55,835 bases of DNA from contig JAWOCD010000034.1 in assembly GCA_046483985.1 (NCBI GenBank), forward strand, positions 1 through 55,835. The letters run 5' to 3'. Origin of the DNA: Promethearchaeia archaeon (GTDB lineage Archaea; Asgardarchaeota; Lokiarchaeia; Sigyniarchaeales; SOKP01). The position numbers were made by a program, and so were the translations under genes. Below the pieces are notes generated by a model, which was not told where the DNA came from, did no database searches, and was given only the letters and a program-made list of their open reading frames with translations. Positions 17,954-28,394 of this stretch are shown in pieces (positions within the stretch are counted from its first letter, which is position 1; each line of letters opens with the position of its first letter).

Positions 17954-19786
17954 ATGAGTGAAAATAGCGGTGCAAATAAAGAACCCGTTAGTTTATTTCA
18001 TATTGCCAAGTTTATTTCCCGTGAAATCACTTTAAAAAGCAAATTAGACTCTGCTGGAGCAAATCGAGCAAAATTACTTGAAAAATACGAGGATAATGCG
18101 AAATCAGTGCGAAACCTTACTTTAGCCACAAAATTTCTTTTGTCGTTTTATATTGGATTTCTTGCCCTTATTCCACTTAGTTTATCCTTTCAGATCATGC
18201 CGTTGCTTGCTAATAATATGATAACCCCTGATGCTGTCCTGTTATCTTTTAGTTTAATCTTTGCCATTTATTTTGGAACTCAGTTTGTTTATTTTTTAAT
18301 TATCGGAATGCCCGTTATAGGGACAATGATGGAAGGAAAGACATTTAGATATCTTGAGACATTGCCTTTTTCTAAAAAAGATCTGAGAAAATTGGCTTTC
18401 TTAACGATTTTTAAAAATTATGACGCTCCATTTGTTGTAATGTTTTTTGCTTTTCCCGTGGTTATGTTTCTCGCAACGTTCGATTTTCTCTTATTGATTG
18501 TGTGTTTTTTTATCTCTTTTATAAATGTCCTTTTTACTTTTAGTGCCTTAGTTTTAGCGGGAGAGCGAATGCAGCGATTTATGAAAAGATACGAGGAAGG
18601 AACTAAGAAAGCAACTTTTCTAAGAGTAATCACGATGGTAGGCTATATAATTGCTTCCCTCGTTGTCGTGTTTATGATTCAATGGGTTTTAATGTCATTA
18701 GATTCTTTAACACTTTTCTTTGCGGGGCTGGAAGCATCAGAACTTCTAAATTATGTGTTTAGTTTAATACCATATCCATTTTCTCCGGGCTATGTTTTTA
18801 GTTATTTTTTCCTTAATGTTGATTATGTTCCACTATTATTAGTTACAACAATCTTGGGAACAATTTTCTTTGTTATTCTTACGAAAAAGGTAACCTCAAG
18901 CACATTAGAGTCTTTAAAGTCTATCACCTCAGAAGAATCATTAACGTCCATTCAAAGAGAGTCTCAAACTAAAGGACAAGCTGTAAGAGATATAGAGATA
19001 AAAAAAAGATCCTCTGTAATGGCATTCATTAAGAAAGATCTTTCAATAGCTACGAACGATATCCAGACACTTATGTTTTTTTTCTTACCTATCGTTATTC
19101 CGATTACTTCTTTTTTCTTCGGAATGGGCGCAACAATGAATGTGGCTGTATTCAACATAGATAACATAATCATATTATGGAGTAACTTTTTTTTCCTAGC
19201 TCTTTTTAACGCTTATATTTTAATACAAGGCTTTTTGGATATAGAACAATCGGGGAGTTCAATATTAGTATCCTTGCCAATCAAGGAACGTGATAGGGCA
19301 AAGGCAAAATTATCTATAATTTGTACCGTCCAAATTATCGGATACTTTATTCCGCTGATCTTTATGATACAATCCCCATTGTTTTTTCCCTTTTTCTTGA
19401 TTCTTTTATCTACAGTACCTGTTGTTTTGGGAATAACTTTGTTAATTCTTGAGACTAAAGCTTTCTTATTTGGGAGATTAAAGTTTAAATATGTACTCGA
19501 TGAGGTAAATAAAGAAAGAAAGATCTTGAAGTGGATAGTTCTGATAATTGTTGGGGGAGGTTCAAGCGTTATGTTTTTAATTATCGGAAATATTTTATTT
19601 GTGTTTTTGGGATTTGTACTAACCTTAATTGCTTTTTTAACCTTTGGAATTCTTTTTTTCCTTATATTGATATATATTTTTAATCAAATATTCCCAAAAA
19701 TTAAATTAAAGAATGTCTGTGAAGAATGCAACAAGGTAAATAATCCAAGAGCACGTTATTGTGAATATTGCGGAACAAAACTATAA
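17954..19786 (+). CDS. ABC-2-type permease with C-terminal Zn ribbon
   Basis: Multi-TM protein adjacent to the ATPase; CEEC...YCEYCG at the C-terminus. Confidence 0.8.
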   Translation: MSENSGANKEPVSLFHIAKFISREITLKSKLDSAGANRAKLLEKYEDNAKSVRNLTLATKFLLSFYIGFLALIPLSLSFQIMPLLANNMITPDAVLLSFSLIFAIYFGTQFVYFLIIGMPVIGTMMEGKTFRYLETLPFSKKDLRKLAFLTIFKNYDAPFVVMFFAFPVVMFLATFDFLLLIVCFFISFINVLFTFSALVLAGERMQRFMKRYEEGTKKATFLRVITMVGYIIASLVVVFMIQWVLMSLDSLTLFFAGLEASELLNYVFSLIPYPFSPGYVFSYFFLNVDYVPLLLVTTILGTIFFVILTKKVTSSTLESLKSITSEESLTSIQRESQTKGQAVRDIEIKKRSSVMAFIKKDLSIATNDIQTLMFFFLPIVIPITSFFFGMGATMNVAVFNIDNIIILWSNFFFLALFNAYILIQGFLDIEQSGSSILVSLPIKERDRAKAKLSIICTVQIIGYFIPLIFMIQSPLFFPFFLILLSTVPVVLGITLLILETKAFLFGRLKFKYVLDEVNKERKILKWIVLIIVGGGSSVMFLIIGNILFVFLGFVLTLIAFLTFGILFFLILIYIFNQIFPKIKLKNVCEECNKVNNPRARYCEYCGTKL

Positions 19787-19860
19787 CTTATATCCTAAAG
19801 AAATCAACGTAATATAGGAGAAAAAAAAGGTTAGTTATTTAGAAATATTTTTGTTATAAT

Positions 19861-21180
19861 CTAAGGGAGGGGAAAGGTGACTGCTCCGTAGGGCATTACT
19901 ACGACTTTTGGAGTTCCGTTTGTGCTCTTTTTTGTCTCCTTTTTAACTTCCTCCATAAGCTGATCCAAGTCCGTTTTCATTTCAAAGCCAATATTTTCGA
20001 TAGGTTTTATGGATCCCAAGGAAGGGGAGTAAATATATGCTTCAAAATTTCTAACCATCTTCATTAGGTCTAAAAATCCGCCACTCTGATCGGGGCTGCC
20101 AGCACTTTCAGTTACTTTTTTAACAAGCATCTTCATCGGTAAATGCCGCATAAGAAAGCCCTTGATCCTGGATATTTCGGGCAATGTGACGTCTCCCAAC
20201 CCTTCTTCAGCCTTTATTAAATTCAGAATGACTCCACCTTCTTTTGCACCATTTAGGGAATTTGACATGCATTTGGTGCCCGCTCTAAAGTCCGTTTCCA
20301 AAGGTGCCGAATTTGTAATTACTAAATCCGCTTTCTCCTTTAACTCATGCCCATAAATATCGCGTATAAACTGTACGCCTTTTTGATGACCTTTAATTGG
20401 GTCCCCGCAGACAAGATTAATAACTCCTCGCGAGGGGTCAATTTGTGTATTTATTAAAAACACCTGTTTTGTCGCAAATTGAGAGGTTTCATCAATCAAT
20501 TGTCGCATCTTATTTTGATCTTTTGTGGTTCCCGCCTCTGCCATCCGATCGAGGGAGAGATGTTTCATATGATGCGTTTCTCCGATGGTTTTTCGTCCCG
20601 CAACTCCTGGGATAATATTTTTTAGCCCGCCTCCGAATCCCGCTTGTCCGTGTGATTCAATTGTGGAAATTGAAATCACCAAATCAGCCTCTGCCACGTA
20701 TTTGTTTACTATCACGGGAACGCCGCTTGGACTTAATCCACAATCCTTTAATGAATCTATATCGTCAGCATCGTGATTTATACATACAATTTTACTAAAA
20801 ACACCATCTCCTACTCGTTCCTTTATTTCCTCCTCTTCCATGAGGCGATGAATACCGTTTGCCACATGAAGTTTTACTTTATCCAAGTCGATGTCTTGTT
20901 CCTCTAAAATCTTTATCAAAGGACCAGTAACAGAAGCAACTGGAGTTGGCCGTGTTCTGTCATCTACTACAATAGCAATATTTCCATCGTTTTTCTCAAT
21001 TTCTTTCAATACTTCAGTAAATGGTTCTGTGCCAATTGGATCCTTGAGCTGTTTTCGCATTTCTTCTTCAATATTTTCAATAACAGGAGGTTTCCCCTTA
21101 CTTTCTAGGATTTTTACATCCCATTCATCTGGAAGGTTAAGATTAAGTACTTCATCCCCCCAAGGTACTGTAAATTTCAT
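19861..21180 (-). CDS. larA: LarA-family (nickel-pincer) 2-hydroxy-acid racemase/epimerase
   Basis: DDRTRPTP, ANGIHR, NHD, H..AGFGGGLK.IIPG. Confidence 0.85.
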   Translation of the reverse strand: MKFTVPWGDEVLNLNLPDEWDVKILESKGKPPVIENIEEEMRKQLKDPIGTEPFTEVLKEIEKNDGNIAIVVDDRTRPTPVASVTGPLIKILEEQDIDLDKVKLHVANGIHRLMEEEEIKERVGDGVFSKIVCINHDADDIDSLKDCGLSPSGVPVIVNKYVAEADLVISISTIESHGQAGFGGGLKNIIPGVAGRKTIGETHHMKHLSLDRMAEAGTTKDQNKMRQLIDETSQFATKQVFLINTQIDPSRGVINLVCGDPIKGHQKGVQFIRDIYGHELKEKADLVITNSAPLETDFRAGTKCMSNSLNGAKEGGVILNLIKAEEGLGDVTLPEISRIKGFLMRHLPMKMLVKKVTESAGSPDQSGGFLDLMKMVRNFEAYIYSPSLGSIKPIENIGFEMKTDLDQLMEEVKKETKKSTNGTPKVVVMPYGAVTFPLP

Positions 21181-21262
21181 TTCTTTATTAAAGTTTTATA
21201 GTTATTTGATTTGGATTATTTTATATTTGGTTAAAAGAAAATATAAAAGCTTCGAAATTGAA

Positions 21263-21308
21263 CGATCTGCGAAAGAAGTCCCTGTCCTTTAGGGCGGGGA
21301 GACTTCAA
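21263..21308 (+). mobile_element. 46-bp IS605-derived palindromic mini-element (PATE-like)
   Basis: CGATCTGCGAAAGAAGTCCCTGTCC-TTTA-GGGCGGGGAGACTTCAA; near-identical to 46943-46987. Confidence 0.85.
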
Positions 21309-21379
21309 TTTGATTTTGATAAAATTAGTGTTCTTTCCAGTTTAAAAAAGTGACATCTTAGATTAAAAGAAAAAAGGGC

Positions 21380-22609
21380 TTACTCTTCGCTCTCTTCCTC
21401 GGACGTAATTGCAATGTCTAATGTATTTAGAATTTCAATTAAATCAATGACTTCAAGCCCACCGTTATATTTTTCATTTGCATCGCTAAGATTGGTTCGG
21501 CAAAAGGGACATGTAGAAGATAAGACCTCAGCATTCACATCATTAGCTTCTTCTATTCGTTTTTCGGAAATTTCAACAGCCCAATCGGGGTAGCCTATTT
21601 TGACTCCTCCTCCGGCACCACAGCACCATGAGTGGTTACGATTATGAGCCATTTCAACCAGTTTTACTCCGGGAATTTGTTTATAGACTTTACGGGGAAT
21701 CTTATAAATGTCCATATGCCGACCGAGATGACAAGGATCATGATAGGTCACTATTTTGTTATAACTACCATTTATTTCCAATTTTCCCTCATCCAATAAT
21801 TGTTTGACCAGTTCGACGGTATGATAGACCTCAAAGTCCAACTCAACTTCGAATTTTGGAAAATCACTTTTCAAGGTTCGATAACAGCCGGCACATGATG
21901 TTATCACCTTATTTGCACCCGTTTTTTTAATTTGGGAAATATTATAATTCATAAATTCCTTAGAATTATCTATTTGTCCCGTTCTTATCAATGGACTCGT
22001 ACAACAATGCTCATCTATCAATGTAAAATCAATTCCCACTTTTTTGAGGAAACGTATAGTGGAGTTTCTGAGATTCTGCTGTCGATAGTTACTGGTACAT
22101 CCGATATAATATACCCATTCTGCCTTATCTGGAAGATTGTATTTCTTTTTTAACTCTTCATTATCCGAATTCGGTTCGCCATAAGGATTATACATCTCGG
22201 GTTTGGTGGTACGTTCCACTAATTTTTCTTGATTGGGACCAGGTCCTATGTGTTTTACGGCTAATTCTCGTAGAGATTCTATAATATCTACCAAATAATC
22301 TGCTTGCGGTGCTTGGCATGAATCCATACATGCTCCGCATGTGGAACAAGCAAATATTGGATCTTGTAGTTCCTCACTCCATTCTAAATCACCCAACACA
22401 ACACCTCTGAGGATTCGAATACGTCCCGATGCCCAGAATGATTCAAATAGAAACTTTTCTCCAGAAGGACACACTTCTTCAAAGTTTTTATATCCGAGCT
22501 TGCAATTAGAGCACTTAATACATCTATCAAAAGCCATTTCCAAAAATTCTCGCCCCATAACATCGGTTGGGATATCTTCTTTTTCGATCTGAGTCATTAT
22601 GTGCCCCAC
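21380..22609 (-). CDS. Fe-S oxidoreductase (GlcF/HdrD-like, CCG domains)
   Basis: CIKCSNC, CSTCGACMDSC, YHDPCHLGR, WCCGAGGG, CPFC. Confidence 0.9.
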   Translation of the reverse strand: MGHIMTQIEKEDIPTDVMGREFLEMAFDRCIKCSNCKLGYKNFEEVCPSGEKFLFESFWASGRIRILRGVVLGDLEWSEELQDPIFACSTCGACMDSCQAPQADYLVDIIESLRELAVKHIGPGPNQEKLVERTTKPEMYNPYGEPNSDNEELKKKYNLPDKAEWVYYIGCTSNYRQQNLRNSTIRFLKKVGIDFTLIDEHCCTSPLIRTGQIDNSKEFMNYNISQIKKTGANKVITSCAGCYRTLKSDFPKFEVELDFEVYHTVELVKQLLDEGKLEINGSYNKIVTYHDPCHLGRHMDIYKIPRKVYKQIPGVKLVEMAHNRNHSWCCGAGGGVKIGYPDWAVEISEKRIEEANDVNAEVLSSTCPFCRTNLSDANEKYNGGLEVIDLIEILNTLDIAITSEEESEE

Positions 22610-24072
22610 CTTCCGGGATTAAATATGTTATTGGGATCCATACACTTTTTCACTTTTTCAAACAAGTGTAACCATCCTGGGTTAATTTTTTCTCTCATTT
22701 TCTCCGTCATCCATTCAGGTGTTTTATAGGGGATACATCCTTTTTCAATACAGAAATTAGTTATCTCTTCTAACAATCTATGCATTTTCTCTTCGTCTGT
22801 AAACTTCTTATATCGAATAATGGGTCGGAAAATGCCATAATGAGCGTACTTCATAGATTTCATATAGATAAAAGAGGGAACCTCGTATTTATGAAAGATT
22901 TCATCCACGCTCGCAATTAATTCTTCAAACTTATGCGTGGGGGCATAACTGCCAAACCAAGTCAAGCCGGAATATTCGACCAACGATAAAATAACGGCGG
23001 GTAAATCATAGTAACAACGAGTCCGTAAATTAAAGATTTTGGAAAATTCTTCGAAATTTAATAGAAATATTTTCTTTCCTTCTGCATTTAATTTATTAAT
23101 CGTCTTCCTCAAGATTTCTTCTTTTGCCTCCAGTTGTTTCCGAGTTTTTGCGGTGACGGGCATAATTGCGGCAAAATCTGGTTCTTGAGGAAATTTTTTC
23201 GGTTCTGGGATATTACATGTCATTTTCACTACCTCTGTGCTGACCGCGGAAATATCATTTACCACTTCGGTGCGTCCGACCTCCCGTAAAATATGGGCAA
23301 TATCCGTGAGCCCAAATACTATTGCCAAATAACACTTCTCTATGGGATAATTGGGCCAGAGCTGTACCGCACATTTGGTAACTAATCCGGTCATCCCTTG
23401 CCAATTCACAATGAGACCCATTAAATCGGGCATAGGGTATCGACACCACCAACTATCGGGGTCAGCGCTTTCCTTTCCATAAAAGCAAGACCCTATCCGT
23501 GCAATTTCTCCATCTGCCGTTATTACTTCCAACCCATTTATAGAATCGCCCATGGAACCGATTTTACATGATAAATTATTCATGCCACTAAGTATGGCAT
23601 TTCCAACAACACCGGCAGTGGGGGGAGCAAACGGATAACTATAGCGAAGATTGGGATAATTTTCGTCCAAATACCTCTTAAACTGACCAAATAAAACTCC
23701 GGGTTCTAATAGCGCATACATCATATTCTCATTTACGTGAAGGATGTTGTTCATTTTTTTACCGAAGTCAACGATAATCCCTCCGCGATCGGGGATAGTA
23801 AGTCCCCCGACATTATTCCCTGTGATGTATGGAACAATGGGAATAACATATTTATTACACAAATTAACCAACTTCACTAATTGTTCTTTATTTTCCGGGA
23901 TCACCACAAAATCTGGCATATGAGGTTCACATTCCGTCATATCATAGGAATAAGGATACAGATCAGCATTTCTATCGGTAATATACTCTTTTCCAAAAAT
24001 TTCAACAAGATGTTCTTTGACCTCTTCTTTGCTAATATTTTCAAAAACATTGCTTTCTTTTGATTTCGTCAT
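22597..24072 (-). CDS. FAD-binding oxidoreductase (GlcD/VAO family)
   Basis: PDFVVIP, GNNVGG..IP..GGIIVD, QGMTGLVTK, DPNNIFNPG. Confidence 0.88.
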   Translation of the reverse strand: MTKSKESNVFENISKEEVKEHLVEIFGKEYITDRNADLYPYSYDMTECEPHMPDFVVIPENKEQLVKLVNLCNKYVIPIVPYITGNNVGGLTIPDRGGIIVDFGKKMNNILHVNENMMYALLEPGVLFGQFKRYLDENYPNLRYSYPFAPPTAGVVGNAILSGMNNLSCKIGSMGDSINGLEVITADGEIARIGSCFYGKESADPDSWWCRYPMPDLMGLIVNWQGMTGLVTKCAVQLWPNYPIEKCYLAIVFGLTDIAHILREVGRTEVVNDISAVSTEVVKMTCNIPEPKKFPQEPDFAAIMPVTAKTRKQLEAKEEILRKTINKLNAEGKKIFLLNFEEFSKIFNLRTRCYYDLPAVILSLVEYSGLTWFGSYAPTHKFEELIASVDEIFHKYEVPSFIYMKSMKYAHYGIFRPIIRYKKFTDEEKMHRLLEEITNFCIEKGCIPYKTPEWMTEKMREKINPGWLHLFEKVKKCMDPNNIFNPGRWGT

Positions 24073-24083
24073 TTTCTTTCCTC

Positions 24084-24503
24084 CTATTTGGTCTCCTTAT
24101 AAACCTCATAATAATTGGTATTTGGTTCAGCCGCTACTTGCTTCATGGTATTGAAAAAGATTTTTTGAAATTTAAGCACCGTACCAATCTTATATAAGCC
24201 CTTTATCTTAAGTTTTCCAGTAAGTACTGCCACTACTGGATTTGTTCGTTTATATGCTAAATCTAAAAGTGTATGGATGCTCATTGTAACTTTTAAATCA
24301 TAGTTATCTGGAATATCTAAGGAAAATGAAATATTGAGGTTATGAAAATGAACTGCAACTGGATAAAAGCCAGTGATTTCAATTACAACCGTTTTATTCC
24401 AGCCGTTAACCAATTGAATAAATTCTTCATCATCTCTTGAGCTTAAAATATTATATAATGAAATTCCAATCATATCTTCTGGGGGTTGAATATTTATTGA
24501 CAT
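24084..24503 (-). CDS. SCP2 sterol/lipid-binding domain protein
   Basis: DLKVTM...LLDL....NPVVAVLTGKLKIKG. Confidence 0.8.
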   Translation of the reverse strand: MSINIQPPEDMIGISLYNILSSRDDEEFIQLVNGWNKTVVIEITGFYPVAVHFHNLNISFSLDIPDNYDLKVTMSIHTLLDLAYKRTNPVVAVLTGKLKIKGLYKIGTVLKFQKIFFNTMKQVAAEPNTNYYEVYKETK

Positions 24504-24760
24504 CTTTATCGGTTTCCTCTCTTTAATATTATTAAGTTTCGTTCCATTCGTGAATCATCGTTTATATTACATACAGAAGAATATTGATTCTTTTTGTATT
24601 TATATTATTAATCAGATGGATCTTGTATTCATATTTTGTAAAAAAATAGTGGTAATAATCTTAGAGAGATTCAAGAAATCCTTTAAATACTTTTAAATAC
24701 AAAGAATTAATTTTATAATACATAATACAGAATTGCTGTAAAAGTCTTAACGAGGTATCT

Positions 24761-25141
24761 ATGAATCTCTCTGAGGATGATAAGGAGGAATTGCAAAAAA
24801 TTGTTTCAAAACTAAAAAAAGATGAAGATATTTTGGCAGCAATTTTATACGGAAGTGCTCTTGAAACCGCCAATTATCATGATATTGATTTAGCAATAGT
24901 AAAAAAACCTCATTCAAACCCCAAATCGTTAAAATATCTTTTAACATTTCCAGAAAGATTTGATGCGCATTTCTTGAGTGAAATGTCTATAATTATCGCG
25001 AAAGAAGCAATTAAGGGAAAAATTCTTTTTAATAAGGACTATTCTCAATTATTTGATATTTTTATTAAGATCATAAAGGATTGGGTTTCATTTCGCCCCT
25101 ATTATGAATTGTATTTGGAGTCGGTCAAAAATGGCTTATGA
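24761..25141 (+). CDS. mntA: Minimal nucleotidyltransferase antitoxin (MNT)
   Basis: LYGS...DIDLA; overlaps the HEPN gene. Confidence 0.85.
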   Translation: MNLSEDDKEELQKIVSKLKKDEDILAAILYGSALETANYHDIDLAIVKKPHSNPKSLKYLLTFPERFDAHFLSEMSIIIAKEAIKGKILFNKDYSQLFDIFIKIIKDWVSFRPYYELYLESVKNGL

Positions 25142-25535
25142 ACGAATTATTCAGAGAATTGCTTTTATCGAAAATCAATTGGAATTATTAGAACAATGGA
25201 AACCCGAGAATAAAGAAGATTTTTTAAATGACTTGAAACTTCAAGCTGCGATAGAGCGGAATATGCAAAACGTTATTGAAGCAATAATTCAAATTTGCAT
25301 TCAGTTTGTGAAATTTTTTAATTTAGGTCCTCCTACATCCGAAGATTCTATCCTTGAACTCTTAAAGCCGAAACTCAAAAATTATGATCTTATTAAAGAA
25401 TTCAAAAAGTTTAGGAATTTCTTAGTACATCAATATCTTAAAGTCGATTCTGAAAAAATATTTACATATTTAAAGCATTTTCGCAAGGATGCTATGAAGA
25501 TAATTAAAGAATTTAAGGAGATTATTCCCTCTTAA
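25131..25535 (+). CDS. hepT: HEPN (DUF86) RNase toxin
   Basis: AIERNMQ..IE; RNFLVHQY fits RX4HXY; ATG at 25131 after a GGAG SD. Confidence 0.85.
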   Translation: MAYERIIQRIAFIENQLELLEQWKPENKEDFLNDLKLQAAIERNMQNVIEAIIQICIQFVKFFNLGPPTSEDSILELLKPKLKNYDLIKEFKKFRNFLVHQYLKVDSEKIFTYLKHFRKDAMKIIKEFKEIIPS

Positions 25536-25775
25536 CTAATTGATCAAGCGTCCGTAAGAATATTCAAGATAATCGTGAATTACCGACGGATCGGACGGTA
25601 AAACCACCGGGACATAACAAAAAACATTATAAAGAATAACTAAAATTAAATTTATATAAAAGTTTTCAAGGAAACTCTTGTACATCTCTCTTCTTTGTAT
25701 GATTAGAAGGTAGATTAGATCATAAAGCAGTAACAATCCGAGAAAACCAATCCTTATAAACCATAATATAGACAT
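25536..25775 (-). pseudogene. Probably truncated membrane-protein gene abutting the TA module
   Basis: Two TM-like segments, then the ORF ends at the base adjacent to the HEPN stop. Confidence 0.35.
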
Positions 25776-25831
25776 TTATTAGATAGACCTCTTTATTACA
25801 ATTAGAAACATCATTTATGAGAGATTAAAAC

Positions 25832-26392
25832 CTAAAAAAATATGAAATATCTCTGCACTTCTTCCTTATATTCTAAATAAGATTCTCCGTACTGTTCGGC
25901 TAGTGCTTTTTCTTCGGCTAATATACTGAAATGGGAGAAGATTATTGTAATTCCCAAAAAGATAAGGTTAAGCCAAGCCCCTACGGTGAGAATCATCCCC
26001 AAGAACAGAATAAAAATAGCAACCATTTGGGGATTTCGAGAATACTTATATACTCCTTTCTTAATCGGCTTATCCAGCGGTGCATCTCTATAGTGAATAA
26101 TCGCTATCACAAGCATGCCCAAGCCCATAAAATAAATTATTGTTCCAATAATGAATTCAATACTTCCGATTTGTAGTTGTCCAAAAAGGATCATAATAAT
26201 ATTAACAAGGGAGAAACTCTTTCCAATAGTAGTGATGATTTTGGTCTTTTTATCCCATAATGAACGGTCATATAATCGCTTTCTTACTTCTTCGGGACAT
26301 ATTTTTAATATAATCCCAAAAACGATTAGATAAAATATGAAGTATATCCATCCATAAAACCATCCCACCCCTAATTCTGGCAAGAATTTCAT
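25832..26392 (-). CDS. Isoprenylcysteine/phospholipid methyltransferase family
   Basis: GVYKYSRNPQM; EEKAL...YG..Y..YK..V.RY. Confidence 0.88.
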   Translation of the reverse strand: MKFLPELGVGWFYGWIYFIFYLIVFGIILKICPEEVRKRLYDRSLWDKKTKIITTIGKSFSLVNIIMILFGQLQIGSIEFIIGTIIYFMGLGMLVIAIIHYRDAPLDKPIKKGVYKYSRNPQMVAIFILFLGMILTVGAWLNLIFLGITIIFSHFSILAEEKALAEQYGESYLEYKEEVQRYFIFF

Positions 26393-26767
26393 TTAACTCA
26401 ATTTCTTGGCTAATTTTCTCTTAGTTTTTATATGTATTCAAGCAATAATCGGAGATTGTTGGGTATTTATTGATTTTTGGTTCGGTAATCCAATAATCTC
26501 CCTAGAATTATTTAGATTTCTATTAAAGTCCCATAATTTATAAAAATTATATTAACTATTAATAAAAAGATATTATTATATTTAAATATTTAGTCATCCC
26601 TAAATACTTTAAATTAATCTTAAGAAAAATTTAGGATATAGGCTAATATATAATTTAACTTTATTTATTGATAAATATGATATAAAAAATAATCTGAGTG
26701 GGGTTTAATATCAATATTATCAATAAAAAACTGGATAACTTGAAAATATTTTTGTTTCAAATTTTAT

Positions 26768-27193
26768 TTAACATACATTTAACGGCTTCTTACAATCCCA
26801 GCAGATAAAATTATAAAATACACCTGACCCTCCGCATTTTTTACATCTCCATTTTTCTTTCTGGTATTGAAGCCACCCATCTAATCCTTTCTTGTTAATC
26901 ATTCGAAAATTGGCGGGGATATTATGACGATAATCATATTCTTTTCTTCCTTTCTGAGACTTTATTAGTTTATTAATTTTCGAACATGGGAAATCTTTAC
27001 ACTGACCGCAATAGTCTAATCTTTTTTTCTCGCAACATGACCTAATGCCATACCCGCAACTCCCTTTGCGCTCGGTTTTATTCTCTGTGGACCTGCAGCC
27101 TTTACACCTCCCCCGGTGAAATGCTGGGCAAGCACCACAGTAAATCCCGCAATAACTCACCCAATCCAGACCTTCATATTTACTCAAATTCAA
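26768..27193 (-). CDS. DUF3795 Cys-rich protein
   Basis: CGIYCGACP, CKGCRS, IRSCC, YCGQCKDFPC. Confidence 0.8.
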   Translation of the reverse strand: MNLSKYEGLDWVSYCGIYCGACPAFHRGRCKGCRSTENKTERKGSCGYGIRSCCEKKRLDYCGQCKDFPCSKINKLIKSQKGRKEYDYRHNIPANFRMINKKGLDGWLQYQKEKWRCKKCGGSGVFYNFICWDCKKPLNVC

Positions 27194-27297
27194 ATTATTT
27201 CCTCAATTTTTATGCAGAGCATATACAATTCTATTAGCTTGATACCCTTTATGAGTTCCACATACTTTTTGTTGCCTTAATAGCATCTAATTTGCTT

Positions 27298-27426
27298 TTA
27301 CCAATTGATAAAGGTATGACAAAATATGAAATATTCCCCAATCGTCATATCGAGTTTAGAGGCTCCCTTTTTTATCTCCTGCCATTTAACTTTTAGATCA
27401 TCCTCAATAATCAGATTTGTTCTCAT
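27298..27426 (-). other. Small ORF, possibly a ribbon-helix-helix relic (MRTNLIIEDDLKVKWQEIKKGASKLDMTIGEYF...)
   Basis: 42-aa ATG ORF with a strand-helix-helix pattern. Confidence 0.3.
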
Positions 27427-27611
27427 CTATGCAAATATGTATTACATACTTAAATTCTTTTCTGTATAAAAAGATAAATCAAAGAAATTCAAGTGATTTT
27501 GCATTATAAAATGATGAAATGAAATCATCTTGGATAAATTATTTATATAATTGAAAAAAATGTTATTTAATAGAGTGCTTGTTTTTATAAATTACTGAAA
27601 AGGGTTTAAGT

Positions 27612-28385
27612 GTGCAGATTCAAGAGATTGTAATCAACGTCAAAACTTACATGAATGAATTGTTTTCAGAAAGTCATAGGCTGCAAACATTCCACAAACC
27701 CGATGATTATCAACAATTTTTTACCGATTCTGGGGTCGATGTAGCACTTACCAACAATAAAGAAATTATTCTTCAGGAGGAAACTGTCCTTGAGTTGGGC
27801 GGGCACCACAAAAAATCCTACTCCTTGGTCATCTCATTACCCGATCAAACTTCGCTTACAGATGGAAATGTTACGATGGTAGGGCCAACAATAAGGGAAT
27901 TAAGGGAGCAACAAATTGCAAAAGTAGATTTTGGTCTATTAGTGTTTCTTCAAATTGAAGAGAACGCCAACCTCCAGCACAAAGATTTTAAGTATTTTAA
28001 TTTTATTGGGGATGGAATCGAAGGTTTTCTCATTAGAACCATTCCCCGGCGATTTTGGTGCCGAATCAGCTCACATATCATAAAAAACTTTTCATTTGAG
28101 CTTTTAGGACATGCCATAAATCACCTCTATCGAGAAAAATTCCCCAACCAATTCAAAGCAATTGAAGTCGTTATGGTCAATTCCCTCCCCAATGTAGTTG
28201 AAAAGCTGAAGGAAATTACCTCCTCCTTCCTTGAAAAAGAAAGAGAACAATGGAAAAGTAAAGTCCAAAAATGGAAGGAAAAGGTGGGTTGCAACTATGA
28301 TTGGGGGTGCTCTATCTGTCCAGACCGGGCTGAGTGTTATGATATCAAAAAAGTTTTGCTGGAACGGGAAAGTCTACAAGAATAG
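27612..28385 (+). CDS. CdhC/ACS beta-subunit-like truncated protein
   Basis: LELGG...S, VTMVGP, IEGFLIR.IP.R.W.RIS; C-terminal CX5CX2CX5C. Confidence 0.6.
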   Translation: MQIQEIVINVKTYMNELFSESHRLQTFHKPDDYQQFFTDSGVDVALTNNKEIILQEETVLELGGHHKKSYSLVISLPDQTSLTDGNVTMVGPTIRELREQQIAKVDFGLLVFLQIEENANLQHKDFKYFNFIGDGIEGFLIRTIPRRFWCRISSHIIKNFSFELLGHAINHLYREKFPNQFKAIEVVMVNSLPNVVEKLKEITSSFLEKEREQWKSKVQKWKEKVGCNYDWGCSICPDRAECYDIKKVLLERESLQE

Positions 28386-28394
28386 AGTGGGATA

